DNA of 50,547 nt from Candidatus Eiseniibacteriota bacterium (GCA_030639555.1 DAOWCM010000001.1:1-50547), one strand, 5' to 3'. Positions 34,406 to 42,098 are shown, counted from the stretch's first letter. Notes: generated by a model not told the origin, from the letters alone. Translations and numbers: made by a program.

Positions 34406-34993
34406 CTAAGGTACCAGGATCGCCTTGTCGCGGGGCATGAACAATTCGTGCGAGCGGCCCCCGCACCCGATCGAGAACTGCGACGTTATGTTGATGGCAT
34501 CGCGCGCCGCGTCCCGGGGGTCTGCCCCGGCTCCAACGGCGTAGCGGTAGACGCCCTCCGCCATCTCGTTCCCGGATCCGACGGTCTCCATGATGCCAGG
34601 ATTCAAGGGGCCGTCGACGAATCTTATTGACATGCACGTGTACACCGCGGCGAGTGAGTGGCCGTCGGTGAGGAGGTACGACAGGTCCCAGTACGGAGGT
34701 CCCCCGCCCCTGTCAGTGTCCGAGTGCCACCCGCGGCTGTCTAGGACTTGGCGGAGTTCGTTCGACAAGCCGGACAGTGAGACCAATCCGGCGTCGTTCC
34801 GCCCCATCTCCGCCGCGAGGGCTTCTCGCATGACCTCTAAGCCATTCAAAGTTCCCGACACCGCGAACATCACCCCGAGAAGGGTGTCGATCTTCACGAT
34901 GTCGTGCTTCTTGACACACGCCGACACGCCGAGCCCGTCGGCGACTATCGTGCAGCCCGCCTCGTCCAGGACCCCGATGCAGATCGTCATCAT
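34406..34993 (-). CDS. Ntn-hydrolase, proteasome beta / HslV-like
   Basis: The start is at MMTICIGV (ATG 34993 or 34990, overlapping the upstream stop), which puts Thr right after the initiator Met(s). TICIGVLDEAGCTIVADG...VKIDTLLGVMFAVSGT follows the proteasome-beta pattern. 195 aa. Confidence 0.55.
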   Translation of the reverse strand: MMTICIGVLDEAGCTIVADGLGVSACVKKHDIVKIDTLLGVMFAVSGTLNGLEVMREALAAEMGRNDAGLVSLSGLSNELRQVLDSRGWHSDTDRGGGPPYWDLSYLLTDGHSLAAVYTCMSIRFVDGPLNPGIMETVGSGNEMAEGVYRYAVGAGADPRDAARDAINITSQFSIGCGGRSHELFMPRDKAILVP

Positions 34994-36633
34994 CCCCTCC
35001 AATGGTTCTTGATGATGTGACACATCTGGCGGTAGCCGTTCGCGTGCAGTAGCACGTGCGACTGCAGCCAGCCGGATGGGCCGATGTTGTAGCCCTGCCG
35101 GTACTCCGCGGAGAGCCCTCCCATGTAGACGCCCTGCCAGATGCCCGGCCCGTGGCCATGCCCGACTATAGAGCGCGTGCCAATCTGCGACAGGTTTCGG
35201 ATGGAGCCGCGCGCACCGTTCGGGCCGAGGTGACCGTGCATCCCCATCTCGACGTCGAGGAGCTGGTAGGACTCGTCGAACTTGAGGAAGCGGATGTTCT
35301 CCGGGAACGGGTCCTGACCGATCCAGCGGAGGGCCACCTCGAAGGGAATCGGGAACGCTCCGTGCCGCCGGTGGTGGGCGAGCATCTCGCCGGCCAGCCG
35401 GTGGTACATCTCCGCGTTCTCGGGCTCCACGTTCCGCTCGCCGGTCTCGAGCCAGCGGTCGAGGAAGTAGTCGTGGTTCGAGCGGACGACCAGCACCTCC
35501 TCGAACTCGGGCAGGTCTAGGAGCCACCCCTTCGTGCGGAGCAACTCCTGGTAGAGGTTCGTCTTGTCGTCGCGCCACATGGCCGCGCGGGTGAGCCGCT
35601 TGCCTTGCTCATGCGGGTTGACCGACTTCATGTCCCCCAGGTCGTGGAGGAACAGCCTCCGCGGGTGGAGCACGTCGTAGATGCCGCCCGGCCCGAAGGT
35701 CGCCTCCATCACGTTCTCCGCCGGGCCGTACGGCGCGTGGATGTCCCCCATGCTGATCGCCTCGGGCGGCGGCGCGTCCTCGACGTGGTCGGCGTAGTAC
35801 GCCTTGTCGTAGTCGATGAACTTCTCGCCGTCCCATGTGATCTCGCGCAGGTGGAAGCGGTCGCCGCGGATCTCGACCACCACCGCGGCGGCGGTGTGGT
35901 GAAACTGGGCCTGATCGCCCGCGAGCGACTCGCCGTACCTCTTCTCCGTGACTGCACCCGTCGTGTAGAGCAGCTTCGGGAGCTTCTCCTGCGGCGTCGG
36001 CACGGTGCGCATGCAGAGCTGGGGGTGTCCGATGACCGCGGAGCGCGCCTTCGTGCGACCGCTGACGCGGGCGGGCAGCGGGTTGGCCGCCGTGGCCTGC
36101 GCCTTCGTCGTCATGAATGAGAGCAGCGGGTGCGGGCGGATCTCGTCGTCCAGCATGTGGCCGTCGAGCTCGGGCGCCCACCACTCCTTCTCCCGCAAGT
36201 TCTCGCTCTCCTTCGGCGACTTCGGGTTGTAGTATCGGACGGGGTTGAACAGGCGCTCGCCCTGCTTCTCTTCGCAGTACAGCCCGATGGCACTCCAGAA
36301 TCCTGGGATCACGTCGCAGTTGTTCACCGCCGAGCCGATCACGAAGTTCTCGGATCGCTCGAGTGCGCGGATGTCGTCCGTGCTGCGCGCGAAGGACATG
36401 ATCGCGGGCGCGCGGTGCATGCTGACCGCCTCGGTGTACGTCTCGCCAAACTCGTACAGGGCCCACTTTCGGAAGCCGGTCGGCCCGCGGTATGGGTAGT
36501 CGTGCTCCACAATGAGGTGGCGGACGAATGCCTGTATGCGCGTGTCGTCGTCGCCGGAGAGCAGCCCCTCCAACCAGCATCTCACCGCTTCAACCGCCTC
36601 TGGACGCTTGGAAAACCACTCGGCGATCGTCAA
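34990..36633 (-). CDS. Calcineurin-like metallophosphoesterase with ~270-aa N-terminal extension (possible nuclease)
   Basis: 547 aa. MPE motifs are GDIHAP, SNHD, HGH and GHGHG. The TTG start lies 5 nt after AAGGGAG. It is the first gene of the leftward operon. Confidence 0.65.
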   Translation of the reverse strand: MTIAEWFSKRPEAVEAVRCWLEGLLSGDDDTRIQAFVRHLIVEHDYPYRGPTGFRKWALYEFGETYTEAVSMHRAPAIMSFARSTDDIRALERSENFVIGSAVNNCDVIPGFWSAIGLYCEEKQGERLFNPVRYYNPKSPKESENLREKEWWAPELDGHMLDDEIRPHPLLSFMTTKAQATAANPLPARVSGRTKARSAVIGHPQLCMRTVPTPQEKLPKLLYTTGAVTEKRYGESLAGDQAQFHHTAAAVVVEIRGDRFHLREITWDGEKFIDYDKAYYADHVEDAPPPEAISMGDIHAPYGPAENVMEATFGPGGIYDVLHPRRLFLHDLGDMKSVNPHEQGKRLTRAAMWRDDKTNLYQELLRTKGWLLDLPEFEEVLVVRSNHDYFLDRWLETGERNVEPENAEMYHRLAGEMLAHHRRHGAFPIPFEVALRWIGQDPFPENIRFLKFDESYQLLDVEMGMHGHLGPNGARGSIRNLSQIGTRSIVGHGHGPGIWQGVYMGGLSAEYRQGYNIGPSGWLQSHVLLHANGYRQMCHIIKNHWRG

Positions 36634-36672
36634 ATGCGCTCCCTTCGGCCCTCGGCGGCCGCCTCAGCGGTG

Positions 36673-36688
36673 TGCAAATCGCGGGCCA
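36673..36688 (-). promoter_or_regulatory. Sigma-54-type promoter (TGGCCC-GCGAT-TTGCA)
   Basis: The minus-strand read matches TGGCAC-N5-TTGCW at 10 of 11 defined positions. It lies about 40 nt upstream of the TTG start at 36633, in the 129-nt divergent intergenic region. Confidence 0.5.
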
Positions 36689-36762
36689 AGAGAAAGTTCC
36701 CAGATAAGCTCAAGATCCTGCGCCCGCGAACCGATGAGAAGAATGTCACTTCAGGAGAGCCA

Positions 36763-37311
36763 ATGCAACAGCCAATTTGCACGCGGTGCACAGAACTCGA
36801 GGCAGAGATTGAGCGCCTCAGCCGGGACCCCGTCACGGGGCTCGCAGGGCGCGCGGTGTTCGACCAGATGATAGGGCTCGAGTTCTCCCGCGCCAAGCGC
36901 ACAGGGGCCTCCCTGGGCGTCCTGATGCTTGATCTGGACCACTTCAAGGCGGTGAACGACGCCCTCGGCCACCTCGAGGGCGACAAGGTTCTGGCGCGCG
37001 TGGGCCGGGTGCTTCGTGCAAGCGTGCGCGGATCGGACACCGCCGCGCGCTACGGCGGAGAGGAATTCGTGGTCCTGGTCAGTGCGACAAGCCCGGAGGG
37101 CCTTCGCGTCCTGGCGGAAAGAATACGAAAACGCATCGAGCGAGTCGGCCTGGCAACAGACCCCGCCCCCTATACGGTGAGCATCGGGTGCGCGTGTATT
37201 CACCCGGGCGACAAGGAGGGGCTGCAGATCGTGGAGCGCGCGGACGCGGCGCTGTACACCGCCAAGGAGACGGGCAGGAACAAGGTTTGCATGGCGGAGG
37301 GGGCAGAGTGA
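36763..37311 (+). CDS. Stand-alone GGDEF diguanylate cyclase (no sensor domain)
   Basis: The ATG lies 4 nt after RBS AGGAGAG. 182 aa with DPVTGL, LDLDHFKAVND, GHLEGD, RYGGEEF, an I-site RGSD five residues before GGEEF, and ADAALYTAKETGRNKV. The N-terminus has CTRC plus a short coiled coil. Confidence 0.85.
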   Translation: MQQPICTRCTELEAEIERLSRDPVTGLAGRAVFDQMIGLEFSRAKRTGASLGVLMLDLDHFKAVNDALGHLEGDKVLARVGRVLRASVRGSDTAARYGGEEFVVLVSATSPEGLRVLAERIRKRIERVGLATDPAPYTVSIGCACIHPGDKEGLQIVERADAALYTAKETGRNKVCMAEGAE

Positions 37312-37493
37312 TGGGAAAAATGATCATATCCGCCGCATTCGCCGCGGCGTTTATCGCCCTCATGTCCTGTGCGATCGAGCCGCTGCCGGTGACGGGCACG
37401 AACCACGTGGAGCGCTGCGCCGCGGAGTGCGACCCCCGGGCCCTGATCTACGTCGACTTCACGACGGATCCGCCGGGATGCCTCTGCAAATGA
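37311..37493 (+). CDS. Mini-lipoprotein (60 aa)
   Basis: The ATG overlaps the GGDEF TGA (TGATG). The signal/lipobox is AAFIALMSC. The mature part has 4 further Cys (CAAEC, CLC). Confidence 0.5.
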   Translation: MGKMIISAAFAAAFIALMSCAIEPLPVTGTNHVERCAAECDPRALIYVDFTTDPPGCLCK

Positions 37494-37702
37494 GTAGCTC
37501 GAGGTCGTCCAGCAAGAGCTTCTCGAAGTTGATCCGCGCGGCACTCCGCCAAGGGTGGACGCACGACCGAACCAGCAAGGGGCACCACCGGCTTCGATCG
37601 CCGAACGGGAACGTGGTGTACATGTCTAGCTCACCTCGGTGCGAGTCGGAGGTGTACAAGAAGATCCTCTGCAGACTCAAGAAGGAAGGATTCACGGGAT
37701 GA
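37490..37702 (+). CDS. hicA: HicA/YcfA-like protein (putative mRNA interferase)
   Basis: It has an ATGA overlap with the upstream gene. 70 aa. KLIRAALRQGWTHDRTSKGHHRLRSPNG...YKKILCRLKKEGF fits the HicA pattern (GW..., GSHH-like His, C-terminal I...L...G). Confidence 0.55.
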   Translation: MSSSRSSSKSFSKLIRAALRQGWTHDRTSKGHHRLRSPNGNVVYMSSSPRCESEVYKKILCRLKKEGFTG

Positions 37703-37983
37703 AACGCCAGTTCTTCTACTTCAAGTTCATCCACCGCCCCGAGTACGGCGAGTCCCGCCTCGAGGTGGAGGGGAACACCGAAGGCATCGTGTCCATCACG
37801 GACATCGAGGAGGAGCGGGTGTACGAGGGGATCTTGCCGCGCGGGCCGTACAAGAAGGTGGACGGCGAGGTCCAGAAGGTCGACATCGGCATCCTAGACC
37901 TGCCCGCACTGATTCACATGCTGCAGCTCGTCGTCAAGACGAGCGAGAAGGCACCGAAGAAAGTATTCGGGAAAGGAGATTGA
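37699..37983 (+). CDS. Hypothetical protein in the HicB (antitoxin) position
   Basis: It has an ATGA overlap with the HicA-like gene. 94 aa. I recognise no HicB or HTH motif, so the call rests on position only. Confidence 0.3.
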   Translation: MKRQFFYFKFIHRPEYGESRLEVEGNTEGIVSITDIEEERVYEGILPRGPYKKVDGEVQKVDIGILDLPALIHMLQLVVKTSEKAPKKVFGKGD

Positions 37984-39212
37984 TGGTCAACCTAACCCCT
38001 GCCCAGGCCCGCGTCGTCGACCAGGTCCGCGACTGGATCCGCACCGGAACGAACCAGAGCTTCTCGCTCGCCGGTTACGCCGGCACGGGCAAGACGACCC
38101 TGATCCGCTGGCTCGTCGAGGCCGCGAATGAGCGCGTGCACTGCTGCACCCCTACCGGGAAGGCGGCCGCGGTCCTCGAGTCGAAGATGCCCAAGGGCAC
38201 GAAGGTGTCGACCATCCACTCGTTCCTGTACCAGCCCCTCGAGATCACCGAGCGCGAGGTCGAGCTCGCCCGCAAGGTGCGGGACGAGCTGAAGGAGACC
38301 TGCAAGGTCGACCCCCGGTTCCGCGAGGAGTACGTCGCCGCGGTGCACCGCCTCAGGAAGATCGAGAAGATGTTCGACGAGAAGCAGTGCGACTTCATCG
38401 ACCGCGCGGACCCCAACTTCGCGCCGTTCGTCATCGTGGACGAGGCCAGCATGGTCAACGCGGGCATGGAGACCGACCTGCGCCGGTGCGCCGGGAAGAT
38501 CCTGTTCGTCGGGGATCCCGGGCAGCTCCCGCCCGTCGAAGGCACCGAGTTCTTCGGCCGCAACCAGCCGGACGCCGCGCTCGAGGAGATCCACCGGCAG
38601 GCCGCCGACTCGACGATCCTGCGCCTGGCGACCTCCATCCGCCTGGGCGAGCGCTTCGACGACTGGGACGACTCGTGCGCGCTGGTCCGCGACCTCTCGG
38701 TCGGCGAGCTGGTGAACGCCGACCAGATCATCACCGGGAGGAACGTCACCCGCCGCCGGCTCAACACCGACGTGCGCCGCAACCTCGGCTACGGCGAGAA
38801 GTACCCCGAGATGGGCGAGCGGGTTATGTGCCTGCGCAACGACAACGGGCGCGGCCTGATCAACGGCATCGGCGGCACCACCTCGACGGCCGCAAGTCTC
38901 GACACGTTCGGAGACCTGCGGGCCGACGTGGTGTACGAGGGGCGCGTGTTCAAGAACCTGGTGATCGACCCGTTCCCGTTCATGCTGTACGACGACCCGA
39001 AGCTGAACCGCCGGGAATTTCACTCGGACGGGTCGCAGTTCGACTTCGGCTACGCGGTCACCGTGCACAAGGCCCAGGGTTCCGAGTGGCCGCACGTGGT
39101 GGTGTGGGACGACAAGATGCGCCGCAACGACGAGGAGCACCGGCGGCGCTGGACATACACGGCGGCCACCCGGGCCAGCGACAAGCTGACCTGGGTGAAC
39201 GCGGGGAGATAA
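37983..39212 (+). CDS. SF1B helicase (RecD / Dda / Pif1-like)
   Basis: The ATG at 37983 overlaps the upstream TGA. Motifs are Walker A GYAGTGKTT, Walker B VIVDEASMV, FVGDPGQLPPV and AVTVHKAQGSEW. Confidence 0.85.
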   Translation: MVNLTPAQARVVDQVRDWIRTGTNQSFSLAGYAGTGKTTLIRWLVEAANERVHCCTPTGKAAAVLESKMPKGTKVSTIHSFLYQPLEITEREVELARKVRDELKETCKVDPRFREEYVAAVHRLRKIEKMFDEKQCDFIDRADPNFAPFVIVDEASMVNAGMETDLRRCAGKILFVGDPGQLPPVEGTEFFGRNQPDAALEEIHRQAADSTILRLATSIRLGERFDDWDDSCALVRDLSVGELVNADQIITGRNVTRRRLNTDVRRNLGYGEKYPEMGERVMCLRNDNGRGLINGIGGTTSTAASLDTFGDLRADVVYEGRVFKNLVIDPFPFMLYDDPKLNRREFHSDGSQFDFGYAVTVHKAQGSEWPHVVVWDDKMRRNDEEHRRRWTYTAATRASDKLTWVNAGR

Positions 39213-39214
39213 TC

Positions 39215-39439
39215 ATGAAGGAACCCGGCGAGAAGTGTATAGGCGACCTCGACGACAAGCCCGTGGGTGATACTGCCCTGGCCGAGATGATTCACAACGA
39301 CCCTTTTCATGCGGGCACCAGAGAGCACGGCCAGGTCCCCCGCCGAAACGTCCGCATGACCGACAGAGAGATCGAGACCGCGCGCAAACGCCTCTCGGGA
39401 AACTCTTCACGCGTCGCGAAGAAAGGATGGCTGCGATGA
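39215..39439 (+). CDS. Hypothetical protein (74 aa)
   Basis: The ATG lies 3 nt after the helicase stop. The track ORF upstream of it is an alternate frame inside the helicase gene. Confidence 0.4.
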   Translation: MKEPGEKCIGDLDDKPVGDTALAEMIHNDPFHAGTREHGQVPRRNVRMTDREIETARKRLSGNSSRVAKKGWLR

Positions 39440-39654
39440 AGATCAAATTCGACTTCTGGGTCACGCCCGACGGCTACACGGGATCCGTCACCGATCGCAC
39501 GGGTAGGGCGCAACACGTGAAGGGGTCCGTGGAACTTCCGCGGATCCCGGTCTTGGCGCTCCTAGCCGCCATCATGTCCCCCCGTTCCAGCATAGGGTTC
39601 GCCAGGGAGAAGGCGGTCAAGCTACTTGATCACTCCGCGAAGGAATTCGCGTGA
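39436..39654 (+). CDS. Hypothetical protein (72 aa)
   Basis: The ATG at 39436 gives an ATGA overlap and good spacing to AAAGGA. An alternative ATG lies at 39427. Confidence 0.4.
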   Translation: MKIKFDFWVTPDGYTGSVTDRTGRAQHVKGSVELPRIPVLALLAAIMSPRSSIGFAREKAVKLLDHSAKEFA

Positions 39655-39875
39655 TGGCTAAGATGGTATGGCAGCCCGGCGACGCGGTCGGCGGTCCTCA
39701 GAAGGCGTACTTCACCCCTGGCGGGAAGATCACCGAGCCGGTCAGGCGAATGCCGGGCGGCGCGATCGTCTTCCGCGACGCGGCGGGCAACGAATACCGC
39801 AAGGGCGAGCTCGTCCTCACGGTGGTCAAGCCCGAGAAGAAGCTGCCGCAGTCCGGCCGAAAGAAGGTGCGATGA
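39654..39875 (+). CDS. Hypothetical protein (73 aa)
   Basis: TGATG overlap with the upstream gene. The C-terminus is basic. Confidence 0.4.
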   Translation: MAKMVWQPGDAVGGPQKAYFTPGGKITEPVRRMPGGAIVFRDAAGNEYRKGELVLTVVKPEKKLPQSGRKKVR

Positions 39876-40042
39876 TATATTTCTCCTGCCTCCTCCTCCT
39901 CGCCGCACTCACGGCGGCGACGGCTTTGATCACGCACCCGAGCTGGATGTGCAAGGTGTCAGGTCACGACATGTACCGAGTCGTGGAATACGGCCGCACA
40001 GGGGGTCGACGCTGTCGACGATGCGAGAAGGAGCTTGCGTGA
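39872..40042 (+). CDS. Small TM + Cys-motif protein (56 aa)
   Basis: ATGA overlap. It has an N-terminal TM (FSCLLLLAALTAATALI) and a C-terminal CRRC. Confidence 0.4.
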   Translation: MIYFSCLLLLAALTAATALITHPSWMCKVSGHDMYRVVEYGRTGGRRCRRCEKELA

Positions 40043-40437
40043 TGGACTGGAAGTGGCTGCAGAACGTCGCCTCGGCAACCCCGTTCCTGCTAAAACCGCA
40101 GTACCGCCGGCTCATCGAGGCAGGGGCACACCCGCTCACCGGGCACTGCTACGTCGTGTCCGAGGTTGCGTACCATCTGCTGGGCGGCCGTGCATCGGTC
40201 TACGTCCCGGAGTGCGTCAGCCTCAACAGCGGCGGCTGCCACTGGTACCTCCGCAACACGGAGACCCGGGAATTCCTGGACCTGACCGAGGACCAGTTCG
40301 ACGGCGTCGCCATCTGGCACGGCGGCCGGCGCCGCGCATTCCTCACCGAGCAGCCGAGCAAGCGCGCCGTCATGATGGCGTGGCTCGGCCACCACTACTT
40401 CGACGGGCCGGACGTTACGCTGGGAGTGCCGGAATGA
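40042..40437 (+). CDS. Conserved-looking hypothetical with candidate Cys-His dyad (131 aa)
   Basis: TGATG overlap. The motifs GHCYVVSEVAYHLLGG, GGCHWYL and DLTEDQF suggest a papain-like or other thiol-hydrolase arrangement. This is inference only. Confidence 0.35.
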   Translation: MDWKWLQNVASATPFLLKPQYRRLIEAGAHPLTGHCYVVSEVAYHLLGGRASVYVPECVSLNSGGCHWYLRNTETREFLDLTEDQFDGVAIWHGGRRRAFLTEQPSKRAVMMAWLGHHYFDGPDVTLGVPE

Positions 40438-40835
40438 GCGAGATCGTCTACGAGCGAGAGTCCCGCGGGTACTACGACGAGAAAGGCCGCAAGCTCGACT
40501 GCGTTGAGTGCAACGGCTCGTCCCGCCTCGTGTACCCGGACGGCTCCGTGCTCGACGATGCCCGCGACTGCTACACGTGCGGCGGGACCGGCTGGCAGCC
40601 GCCCGCCCGCGATCCCGACGCGCAGTGCACCGGGTGCAAGCGGCCGCTCTGGATCGGCGTCCGCGGCCCGAAGTGGTTCTCACTCGGCAGCGGCCCGATC
40701 GACGAAATGTCCGAGCCGACGTGCAGCCACTGCCTGCGCCGCCGCAAGTTCGAGCGACGGCACCCGGAGTTTGCAGCGCCCGATTCCAACGAGATCACGC
40801 TGGATGACTTCAATCCGAGGAGAGATAACACATGA
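40434..40835 (+). CDS. Multi-CxxC zinc-finger protein (133 aa)
   Basis: ATGA overlap. It has CVECNGS, CYTCGGTG (DnaJ-type CxxCxGxG), CTGC and CSHC. Confidence 0.45.
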   Translation: MSEIVYERESRGYYDEKGRKLDCVECNGSSRLVYPDGSVLDDARDCYTCGGTGWQPPARDPDAQCTGCKRPLWIGVRGPKWFSLGSGPIDEMSEPTCSHCLRRRKFERRHPEFAAPDSNEITLDDFNPRRDNT

Positions 40836-41119
40836 AGCACTACGACATACTGTTCGACGGCCCCCCGTCGCACGAGTCCGGGCGGTTCGTGGAAGTCAAC
40901 GACGAGACCGGGGGCAGCATCTGCATCGGGGAGTGGGTGGAGCGCGACGACGGCCTGTGGGCGCTGCGGATCCCCAACTACGCCGATGTCGAGGAGGCCG
41001 CCCGGGACCTGTATGACAATCGGCTGGGGTGGTCGCACGGGCGCAATCCCTACGCCCCGCCGGAATTCTGGGAGGCGCTACGCAAGTCCCTCGACGCACT
41101 GAAAGGAGACGACCGATGA
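40832..41119 (+). CDS. Hypothetical protein (95 aa)
   Basis: ATGA overlap with the upstream gene. Acidic protein. Confidence 0.45.
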   Translation: MKHYDILFDGPPSHESGRFVEVNDETGGSICIGEWVERDDGLWALRIPNYADVEEAARDLYDNRLGWSHGRNPYAPPEFWEALRKSLDALKGDDR

Positions 41120-41460
41120 AACCCCTGAACCCCCGGCTCTGCACCGCACTGACGAAGGCCGCGACCGGCGAGTCCCTGAGCGAAGGCGAGAGCAAGAGCC
41201 TGCTCGCCCTCTCGTTGTGGATCCACGACGGCTGCCCGGAGCGCGGCGCGACGACCGGCCACGGCATGCTTGTCCCGAAGGGCATGGGCAAGGGCCACGT
41301 CCCGGAGCCGTGGGAGTACGACACCACGCTCACCGGCCTCGCGCCCCTCGAGGAAGTCGAGGAGAAGGTCGCCGACATCCTGCTCACCGAGTCGGCGCCG
41401 TCCTCGTACCACCTCGGCAAGGCCCGCATCATCCAGCACGACGCGGACGAGCGCTTCTAG
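41116..41460 (+). CDS. Hypothetical protein (114 aa)
   Basis: ATGA overlap with the upstream gene. The start is at MKPLNPRL. Confidence 0.45.
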   Translation: MKPLNPRLCTALTKAATGESLSEGESKSLLALSLWIHDGCPERGATTGHGMLVPKGMGKGHVPEPWEYDTTLTGLAPLEEVEEKVADILLTESAPSSYHLGKARIIQHDADERF

Positions 41461-41651
41461 TGTCGGACTCGAGGACAGCCGAGCTGGACACCCGGACGAT
41501 TCAAAACCTGAACGAGATCGTGCACGACTTGAACTCGAGGGTGGAGCTGGCAGTGACGCAAGGCTACGAACTGAGGATCCGGGTGGAGGAGGGCAAGTCC
41601 GGCATCCCCCGCGTGCGATTCACGCTCCACCGGCAGGTCGGCCGCTCGTGA
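41460..41651 (+). CDS. Hypothetical protein (63 aa)
   Basis: The GTG overlaps the upstream TAG (TAGTG). Confidence 0.35.
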   Translation: MSDSRTAELDTRTIQNLNEIVHDLNSRVELAVTQGYELRIRVEEGKSGIPRVRFTLHRQVGRS

Positions 41652-41860
41652 GTAACGGAACCACGAAGGGGTCGATCCGCTGGGCGCCCTGGCCGGGGCC
41701 CGGCGGCGCGTTCCGCGTCCGTATTCGCAGCGCACCGAGCAGGCACGGCCTCGTGTCGGTGCGCTGGCAGGACGGCCCTCTCAAGGGCCGCGAGGCAAAC
41801 CTGGAGCTCAGGACGCTCCGCAGCAACAAGCGCGACGCCGCGCTGGGAGAGATGCGATGA
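41648..41860 (+). CDS. Hypothetical basic protein (70 aa)
   Basis: GTGA overlap with the upstream gene. Confidence 0.35.
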   Translation: MSNGTTKGSIRWAPWPGPGGAFRVRIRSAPSRHGLVSVRWQDGPLKGREANLELRTLRSNKRDAALGEMR

Positions 41861-42093
41861 GCATGCTAGACGTAGAAGCCGATGAGTTGAAGGGCCCGAG
41901 GACAGTGATGGTCCACGACATACCTCTTGGCACCGTGTTCTTCGCCAACTTAGGCCAGGGGCGCGGGGTATTCCTGCGCTTCGTACACGGCGTGCTGAGG
42001 TTGAACAAGCCTATCGACGCGTGGACGGGTAACGACGAGCTGAAGATCGAAAACTACCAGCCGGCGCGCTCCGCCAGGCTGATCGTAAGGTAA
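41857..42093 (+). CDS. Hypothetical protein (78 aa)
   Basis: ATGA overlap with the upstream gene. Confidence 0.45.
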   Translation: MSMLDVEADELKGPRTVMVHDIPLGTVFFANLGQGRGVFLRFVHGVLRLNKPIDAWTGNDELKIENYQPARSARLIVR

Positions 42094-42098
42094 CCGCG

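Noticed and set aside
35609-36580. 323-aa alternate-frame minus ORF, plus several + ORFs inside the metallophosphoesterase gene.
   Set aside because: They have Arg/Gly/Pro-rich nonsense composition. The MPE frame carries the catalytic motifs.
36130-36762. Upstream two-thirds of the 393-aa + ORF that ends as the GGDEF protein.
   Set aside because: This part is antisense to the 5' end of the metallophosphoesterase gene and crosses the intergenic region. The GGDEF domain begins right after the ATG at 36763, which has its own AGGAGAG RBS.
36777-36789. Palindrome TGCAC-GCG-GTGCA about 100 bp upstream of the sigma-54-like promoter, reminiscent of NtrC-type enhancer half-sites.
   Set aside because: The arm spacing is shorter than the NtrC consensus (TGCACCA-N3-TGGTGCA). 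The sequence also lies within codons for the CTRC motif of the GGDEF protein, so it may be coincidental. I kept it only as something to test.
38387-39214. Long +2-frame ORF inside the RecD-like helicase gene. It is fused in the track to the 74-aa gene 39215-39439.
   Set aside because: Only the last 74 codons lie outside the helicase gene. The rest is an alternate frame of a well-supported CDS.
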